IMG/VR virus record: IMGVR_UViG_3300033571_011534
Coordinates: 11,732-75,731 of that record
Source of the DNA: a virus
Direction: 5' to 3' (one strand)
Length of the DNA stretch: 64,000 nt
Part shown: positions 55,304 to 64,000 of the stretch, piece by piece
How positions within the stretch are numbered: the first letter of the stretch is position 1
How the letters are laid out: each line of letters begins with the position of its first letter
Translations under genes and position numbers: made by a program
The notes under the pieces: model-generated
The model's database searches: none
Told to the model about the DNA's origin: nothing
The model's input: only the letters and a program-made list of their open reading frames with translations

Positions 55304-57040
55304 CTATGATCCGTTCCTTATGTTAATTGTTGTAGCTATACCGCTTATTGAAACTGCTGATAAAGCTGCTTGAACGGCAACGATTGCTGTAACAACTACC
55401 TTTTCTGAGGTCTCTCTAACTTGCGGACTCATATCTGCTCCAGCATTCCCCAAGAAGTTAACAAGCTCAACTGCACCGCCCAAAGCATCTCCCAGTAGAG
55501 GAATAGCTGCAAGGGACTCGTCAAGAACAATGTCATCTTGTTGTGCAGCAACCATAAGAGCTTCGAGTGCCTGCTCGTATTCCTCTGAACCAGGCTCAGC
55601 GGTTTCAAAAACTTCAAGGGCTGCTTCAACTAGGGCCTCTGCCTGCTCAGCTGAGAGGTCAGTAGCTACAATTTCATCTAGCTCTACCGACATAAGCTCC
55701 TCTGCAGAAATATCTACTGGTAAATCTTCCGCAGATGTGATAGACTCTTCTTCAGAAGGAGATGGTTCAGGTGAAGGCTCAGGTAAAGGCTCAGGCTCTA
55801 AAGGTTCTGGAGAGGGCTCTACAGGTTCTGTGGTTGGCTCTTCTGGTTGTGTTGGTTCCTCTGGCTGTGGTGTGGTCGGTTCTTCTGGCTCTGGCACCAA
55901 CGGCGGTTCTGGTTCTGGGGTCACTGGTATGGTTGGCGGTACGACAGGTTCGACTGGCACGACTGGAGGTTGAGTAGGCTCTGGAGCAGGCTCAACTGGA
56001 ATATTTTCATAAGTAATAAGAAGAATTAAAACCTTGGGCGTTCCAGGAGCTGGATCGTTTTCAAAGGTTGTGTTTGAAACTTCAACAGTTGCAGAAGTTT
56101 GTCCAGCTAGTAATTCAAAAAGAATGGAAGAAACTTCTTGTCCACGAGTTCCATCATTTGGATCTCCATAATATCCAACAGCACTTGCAATTCTTTGGCC
56201 TTCAGGAGCAACTACTTGAACAAATGACCCCTCGTTTGTAACTGTTGCCCCCTCTGGAATTGCTGGTGGAGTTGGTGTGGGCGTAGGCTCTGGGGTGGGG
56301 GTTGGCTCAGGAGTAGGTTCTGGTGTAGGCTCTGGAGTAGGCGTAGGCGTTGGCTCAGGGGTAGGTGGATTAAATGGAGCCTCTTCTGTGGGCTCTGGTG
56401 CTAGAACTGGAGGCGCTACCGTCTCCTCAATTCCATAGGTTTCGAAGTCAACGATCTGTCCGTTGTTTAGACGAACTCCAGTCCGTGGATTGTTCTGCGG
56501 ATACTCTGGTCCATCTAGCGTGTAAGCCATTGCAACTGTGCCATCTGAAAGAATAGCAGCAGTAATCACAATGCGTGTTGGCTCTGGGGTATTCTGTAAC
56601 CAAATTGGTCTAGCTGAAATATCTACCTGGAATCCACCATCCGATGAGCGAATGATAAGATGTTCATCGTTTCTCCACTGCGGGTAAACGACCCAGTCAA
56701 AAGAGTACAAGGAGATAGACGGAGTTGATGGGTAAGTCCAGTAGGTTCCATCTGGCCTACCAAAGGTAATTACTGAGTTGGTAGTGGCAAAAATATTATT
56801 GTAAACAACCCCATCGAAGGTTACGGTGGTGGTTAATGGAATTTGGTACGATACATCGTCTCCACCACAAGTGCGAATTTCTGTAACGACTGGTTCGGTT
56901 GAAGCGTTTTGCTGTGCAGCTGCTACTGCAGCAACTTGACCTGGGCTAACGCAGCTGGCATTAGCAACTTCCGATATGCCAAGTACTGGCAAGAATGCTA
57001 AAGCAAGGGCTGCCGTGACTCTTCCTACTTTGTTCTTAAT
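55304..57040 (-). CDS. Secreted/membrane-anchored Pro-rich surface protein (probable ATT start)
   Basis: Signal peptide complete only from ATT at 57040; PEPT/PTPE repeats; DPAPG..K.L lectin-like module; hydrophobic C-terminus. Confidence 0.65.
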   Translation of the reverse strand: MKNKVGRVTAALALAFLPVLGISEVANASCVSPGQVAAVAAAQQNASTEPVVTEIRTCGGDDVSYQIPLTTTVTFDGVVYNNIFATTNSVITFGRPDGTYWTYPSTPSISLYSFDWVVYPQWRNDEHLIIRSSDGGFQVDISARPIWLQNTPEPTRIVITAAILSDGTVAMAYTLDGPEYPQNNPRTGVRLNNGQIVDFETYGIEETVAPPVLAPEPTEEAPFNPPTPEPTPTPTPEPTPEPTPEPTPTPEPTPTPTPPAIPEGATVTNEGSFVQVVAPEGQRIASAVGYYGDPNDGTRGQEVSSILFELLAGQTSATVEVSNTTFENDPAPGTPKVLILLITYENIPVEPAPEPTQPPVVPVEPVVPPTIPVTPEPEPPLVPEPEEPTTPQPEEPTQPEEPTTEPVEPSPEPLEPEPLPEPSPEPSPSEEESITSAEDLPVDISAEELMSVELDEIVATDLSAEQAEALVEAALEVFETAEPGSEEYEQALEALMVAAQQDDIVLDESLAAIPLLGDALGGAVELVNFLGNAGADMSPQVRETSEKVVVTAIVAVQAALSAVSISGIATTINIRNGS

Positions 57041-57140
57041 TTTATATCACTCCACATTAAGACAAATAAACTACTTTGTAATATTATAAAGTGATTATAT
57101 AAAAAATAGGCAGTTTTATATCATGCCTAGGATATTTTTA

Positions 57141-59297
57141 TTAGAATAGGTCGTTATTCATTAGCTTTGCCCATACCCTGGCAAAATCTTCCTTGAACTT
57201 TCTCAACCCATCCTTTGATGCATAGACCTCACAGTATGCCCTTAATACAGAATTTGAAGCAAACACTAGGTCTGATCTTGTGGCTGTCCACTTGTATTCT
57301 TTAGTTTTTCGATCAAAGCCCTGATACAAAGAATCTTCAACAGGCTTCCACTCAGTACCCATATCTAAGATATTTACAAAAAATTCATTAGATAGAATTC
57401 CTGGAGTCTTTGTTAGCACACCATAACCATTAGATGGAATTCCCAGCGACCTTAAACCACCATAAAGAACTGTCATCTCTGGAGGAGTTAGTCCCAGAAG
57501 CGTGGCCTTGTCAATCAAGAATCGATCTAACGAATCGGCAAACTTTTTGTGTGACCAGTTTACAAAAGCATCAGCTACTGGGTACAGATGATTAAATGAA
57601 TCAATATCTGTTTGGTCTTGTGTTGCATCTCCACGACCGCCAGTAAAGATTACCTCTAGGTGTGATGCTTTTTGAAGAGCATAAGTTCCAGCATAAACAA
57701 TCAGGTCTGCTAAAGAAATCTTTCCCTCAAGCTTTGCGTGAATCTCCTCAACTGCAGAAAGAGTTTCAGCAACCTCTACGTTTACTGGCCAATCCCTTTG
57801 TGGCTTGAGGGCAATCCTTGCACCATTTGCCCCGCCTCTCTTGTCAGTGTTTCTGTACGTAGCTGCTGACGCATAGGCTAACCTTACCAGGTCTTGATTT
57901 TTTATTTTGCTATCTTCAATCAGACTCTTAGCTAGCTCTAGAACCTCTTCACTTGGGTTCTCCTGCTGCTGTACTGGGTCCTGCCAAATAAGGGTTTCTT
58001 GTGGAACCTCAGGTCCATGGTATCTAGATCTTGGCCCCATATCTCTGTGCGTTAACTTAAACCATGCACGTGCAAACTTGTCAGTAAAGTAGTCGAAGTC
58101 TTCCAGGAACTTTCTGCAAATCTTGTCATACTCTTCATCTCCAAAGCGAAGCGCAAGATCCGTAGTTAGCATCCGTGGAGCTACCTTTTCTCCTGCAATA
58201 TGAGCGTTAGGAGCTAGGTCAGCATCGTCAACCTGTCCAACTGGCTCCCACTGAGTTGCACCAGCTGGGGACTTAGTTTGTTGCCACTCATACTTATAGA
58301 TCAATCTTAGGTAATCATTGTCCCACCTAGTTGGATTTGGAGTCCAGGTAACCTCTAGGCCAGAAGAAATGGTATCTTCTGAATGCCCCTTGCCCTGAGA
58401 ATTCTTCCAGCCAAGTCCTACGGCTGACAAATCATCTACCGCCTCTGGCTCTGGTCCAACTTGAGAAGCGTCTCCTGCACCATGTGTTTTTCCAAAAGCA
58501 TGGCCACCTGCAATAAGCGCAACAGTCTCTTCATCATTCATTGCCATGCGCTTAAATGTCTCACGGATATCAGCAGCTGCCAACTTAAAATCTGGATTTC
58601 CGTCTGGCCCTTCTGGATTTACATAGATAAGCCCCATCTGTACAGCTGCAAGTGGGTCTTCTAAAGTGTCAGCCTGACGAGATGCGTCGTACCTCTTATT
58701 TGCAAGCCACTCAGTTTCTTTACCCCAATAGGTATTGTCTGGTTGCCAGACGTCCTCACGTCCTCCAGCAAATCCGAATGTTGGAAAGCCCATGTCTTCA
58801 AGGGCAACGTTACCCGCAAGGATCATTAGGTCAGCCCAGCTTAGCTTGCGACCATACTTTTGCTTTACTGGCCACAGCAGCCTACGTGCCTTGTCTAGAT
58901 TTATATTGTCTGGCCAGGAGTTAAGTGGGGCAAACCTGTGAAGTCCCTGACCGCCACCACCACGGCCATCAGACACACGATATGTTCCAGCTGAGTGCCA
59001 TGCCATTCTAATAAATAGTGGGCCATAGTGTCCGTAATCTGCTGGCCACCAGTCTTGAGAAGACCTCATAATCTGTACAATATCTTTTTTAACTTCGTCA
59101 AGATCTAGTGCATTAAACTCTTTAACATAGTCAAAGCCATCATCCATCGGATTACTCTTTGGATTATTGTGAAGAAGCGGATCAAGCGAGATCTGATTAG
59201 GCCACCAGTCGTTATTGGATGTGCCGCTTGAAGTTGAAGTCTTTTTGTTTGATTCGTATTGACCGTGGTCAACTGGACATTCGCTATTGTTTGACAT
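57141..59297 (-). CDS. katG: Catalase-peroxidase
   Basis: [46 protein letters not shown]; both domains present. Confidence 0.97.
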   Translation of the reverse strand: MSNNSECPVDHGQYESNKKTSTSSGTSNNDWWPNQISLDPLLHNNPKSNPMDDGFDYVKEFNALDLDEVKKDIVQIMRSSQDWWPADYGHYGPLFIRMAWHSAGTYRVSDGRGGGGQGLHRFAPLNSWPDNINLDKARRLLWPVKQKYGRKLSWADLMILAGNVALEDMGFPTFGFAGGREDVWQPDNTYWGKETEWLANKRYDASRQADTLEDPLAAVQMGLIYVNPEGPDGNPDFKLAAADIRETFKRMAMNDEETVALIAGGHAFGKTHGAGDASQVGPEPEAVDDLSAVGLGWKNSQGKGHSEDTISSGLEVTWTPNPTRWDNDYLRLIYKYEWQQTKSPAGATQWEPVGQVDDADLAPNAHIAGEKVAPRMLTTDLALRFGDEEYDKICRKFLEDFDYFTDKFARAWFKLTHRDMGPRSRYHGPEVPQETLIWQDPVQQQENPSEEVLELAKSLIEDSKIKNQDLVRLAYASAATYRNTDKRGGANGARIALKPQRDWPVNVEVAETLSAVEEIHAKLEGKISLADLIVYAGTYALQKASHLEVIFTGGRGDATQDQTDIDSFNHLYPVADAFVNWSHKKFADSLDRFLIDKATLLGLTPPEMTVLYGGLRSLGIPSNGYGVLTKTPGILSNEFFVNILDMGTEWKPVEDSLYQGFDRKTKEYKWTATRSDLVFASNSVLRAYCEVYASKDGLRKFKEDFARVWAKLMNNDLF

Positions 59298-59458
59298 TTT
59301 TCTCGCTTTCTTTTTGCTGAATAAATTTTTGATCAATTAGTTTTTGAATTACTCTTTCTGCTATGAGGTCTGCAAACTTTTCATCTTGCAGTTGTTTATC
59401 AAATAGCTCTGGAAGTCCCATTGCGTTTCCTATCTCTAAATATAAATTATATCATAAG

Positions 59459-59531
59459 CAGTCCGTACGGGATTTGAACCCGTGCTCTTCTGCGTGAAAG
59501 GCAGACGAGATAACCGCTACTCCAACGGACC
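59459..59531 (-). tRNA. tRNA-Glu(TTC)
   Basis: Cloverleaf; anticodon arm tctgc-CTTTCAC-gcaga; GTTCAAATC T-loop. Confidence 0.92.
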
Positions 59532-59535
59532 ACAG

Positions 59536-59607
<72 letters not shown>

Positions 59608-59624
59608 AAGGCCACTATTTATAA

Positions 59625-59822
59625 CTATTTAATCTTTATAAATTTAGCCCAGACACGCTCGTGGATAAAATATGCCAAAGCCTCCCAGGCCATGTAAATT
59701 AGTGCTCCTATAGTGGCATACTCCCACTTGCCTGTAAATAGAAAGATTACTCCCGCTATAATAACAAGGTGGACGAACTCCCAGCTTAACGTTTTAACTA
59801 AACTTCTCTTTGTGCTTTCCAT
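59625..59822 (-). CDS. DUF2061-family membrane protein
   Basis: ES.KRSLVKT.SW ... Y..HERVW. Confidence 0.8.
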   Translation of the reverse strand: MESTKRSLVKTLSWEFVHLVIIAGVIFLFTGKWEYATIGALIYMAWEALAYFIHERVWAKFIKIK

Positions 59823-59855
59823 GTTTCCTCCGTTTGTTTAGGCATATTGCCTAAG

Positions 59856-59929
59856 CGACTCCAACCAGACTTGAACTGGCGACCTCCTCCGTGACAGGGA
59901 GGCGCTCTAACCAACTGAGCTATGGAGCC
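59856..59929 (-). tRNA. tRNA-Asp(GTC)
   Basis: cctcc-CTGTCAC-ggagg; GTTCAAGTC. Confidence 0.93.
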
Positions 59930-59982
59930 TAATGCCCATTTTTATCTCATACCCGTGAGAGTGGTATGGGCCACACCATTAG

Positions 59983-60054
59983 CTCCCCTTCGTGGATTCG
60001 AACCACGGACCTTAGAGTTAACAGCTCTCTGCTCTGCCGCTGAGCTAAAGGGGA
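59983..60054 (-). tRNA. tRNA-Asn(GTT)
   Basis: agag-CTGTTAA-ctct; GGTTCGAATCC. Confidence 0.92.
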
Positions 60055-60065
60055 TGGATATTCAG

Positions 60066-60308
60066 TTATAGTTTAAAGCCGCTGTTCGTTGCTCTCCATA
60101 TAGATGGAGAATGATTTTCTTCTACTGCAGCTTTTGTTTGCTCATCCTCATAAAGTCTTATGATGTGAACACAAGGATCTGCTTCTTCAAATTCGGCATA
60201 CTCCTGATCAGTTAATGGTAGTCCGTCATGTGTGTAGCAGACAGCTGGTCCACAGAACTTATTTGCTAGACCCTCTTGCAACCACTCTTCAAAACTTTTA
60301 TTGATCAT
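60066..60308 (-). CDS. Hypothetical protein
   Basis: C.THDG.P...DPC.H..RL motif. Confidence 0.6.
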   Translation of the reverse strand: MINKSFEEWLQEGLANKFCGPAVCYTHDGLPLTDQEYAEFEEADPCVHIIRLYEDEQTKAAVEENHSPSIWRATNSGFKL

Positions 60309-60332
60309 TAGGAATGTGCCTTCTTTATCAGA

Positions 60333-61118
60333 TTACTTGTTGGTAACAGCTGCGATTACAGTTGCTACTGATGTGGTAAACCCAGCCATGAAAGGATTGC
60401 TATCGCTTAGGGTTACTGGAAAAGAATCATGACCACCCTGTACAGCTGTTCTTACAGACTTCAGCTTTGGGCTAGTGTAAACGTCTCCTGACAACACAAT
60501 ATCAGAAAGCTGGGCACTTCCGTGAAAGCCAGAAGATCCAACAGAGATAGCGTCTGAGATACATGCTGGATAGTCAACCATTCTTGTACTGCCGTGGTTT
60601 CCAGAAGAAGCGTAAAGCTTAACTCCTGCAGCCCTTAGTGATGAAATAGCAGCAACGATATTGTTGTGTGCTGTAGTTACGTTTATTCCTGGCGAAGATG
60701 GAGTACATCTTGCACCGTTACCAGAGTTGTAGGAAAAAGATACAGCCTTAATGTTGTGCTGTGCAGCATTAGCCATTACCCAGTTTAGAGCAACAAGCAG
60801 CTGGTTGCCAGTTACAACGCCAGTCTTGGTGGACCCTGCTTCAATTAGAACAAGGTGTGCATCTGGGTTGGTGGTCCTAGCAATATCTGCCATGATCGTT
60901 CCATGGTTAAATGCCCTAAGCTGAACCGCACCTCTTGGAGTTACGGCCATATTACAGATTACTGGAGAGCTAACGCAAATCTCGGTAACCTTTCCATCAA
61001 TTAGCTGTGATTCAAAATTTACGTCAATGATGGCTACAGCTGGTTGTGGGCTAGCTTGTGCTGGAGAAATTCCGACAATAGCTAGTAATGCAATAACACC
61101 GATTAGAATTTTTTTCAT
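60333..61118 (-). CDS. Secreted subtilisin-like (S8) peptidase, compact
   Basis: Signal peptide; VAIID, NHGT, SSGN, YPAC, TTSVAT (D/H/N/S residues). Confidence 0.65.
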   Translation of the reverse strand: MKKILIGVIALLAIVGISPAQASPQPAVAIIDVNFESQLIDGKVTEICVSSPVICNMAVTPRGAVQLRAFNHGTIMADIARTTNPDAHLVLIEAGSTKTGVVTGNQLLVALNWVMANAAQHNIKAVSFSYNSGNGARCTPSSPGINVTTAHNNIVAAISSLRAAGVKLYASSGNHGSTRMVDYPACISDAISVGSSGFHGSAQLSDIVLSGDVYTSPKLKSVRTAVQGGHDSFPVTLSDSNPFMAGFTTSVATVIAAVTNK

Positions 61119-61222
61119 TGTTTCATACCCTTTTGTTGTTTTTTTCATAGTAATAATATACCAAAAAGCTGGCGAAAAAGCAAGCATTAAGACAAAGATT
61201 TTTAAATCAATAACAAGATATA

Positions 61223-61603
61223 TTAAGATTGGTCGATGATTTTAAAGCCGTCTTGCCTGTCCAGGTACTGCCACTGCATATCGACAATATCGAAAGTGTC
61301 TGATAGGTGACTCAAGACATCAAGATAGTCTAGCTCTCCACAGGTGTAAAGATCAAATTGAAGAATCATTGGGTCTAGCTTTTCCCAAATATGAAACGCA
61401 ATATGAGAGGTCTCTACAGAAACAGCGGCAGTAACACCCTCGTTTCCAACCATATCTACATACTTAGAAATAGGTCCAGCTGCAATCTTCATGTCAATTC
61501 TTTCGACAAGATCTTTCATCCATTGCTTGGCATCCTCTTCAGTCCTTATTGGATTTTTGATTTCTGCTCTCACCATTAGGTGTAGGTGCTTAATTTCCTT
61601 CAT
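61223..61603 (-). CDS. speD: S-adenosylmethionine decarboxylase-like proenzyme
   Basis: G.T....ETSHI..H.W ... DLYTCG. Confidence 0.7.
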   Translation of the reverse strand: MKEIKHLHLMVRAEIKNPIRTEEDAKQWMKDLVERIDMKIAAGPISKYVDMVGNEGVTAAVSVETSHIAFHIWEKLDPMILQFDLYTCGELDYLDVLSHLSDTFDIVDMQWQYLDRQDGFKIIDQS

Positions 61604-61617
61604 GTTTTTCCTATCTA

Positions 61618-64000
<2,383 letters not shown>

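Overview
A 64 kb, AT-rich segment of a large tailed phage, most likely infecting an Actinomycetota host (WhiB, class Ib NrdE/NrdF/NrdH, AGAAAG-type RBSs, many leaderless genes). Layout: (1) 1-8.2 kb, an array of at least 9 Fe(II)/2-oxoglutarate oxygenases, 2 DUF6065-like genes and an SDR, directly downstream of an FN3 protein ending in a 70-aa Pro/Phe repeat tail (PPFF)n; (2) 9.2-22 kb, tail fibre/baseplate-type structural genes with an inserted NlpC/P60 + transglycosylase pair; (3) 24.2-35 kb, an early-type region of tiny genes driven by 17 copies of an AATGTC-N12-TANNNT promoter with the geometry of the actinobacterial PafBC (RecA-NDp) DNA-damage promoter, plus two perfect DnaA boxes, modular spacers, coding DNA almost free of GATC and TTAA, and several structured-RNA motifs; (4) 35-64 kb, accessory and metabolic genes (glycosyltransferases, luciferase-like pair, M23 lysins, holin, Hsp20 with a ROSE-like leader, WhiB, thermonuclease, KatG, 4 tRNAs, subtilase, SpeD-like, nrdF, partial nrdE). 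The strongest candidates for undescribed systems are the PafBC-type promoter regulon and the PPFF-tail/oxygenase cluster. All calls were made by eye; no database searches were run.
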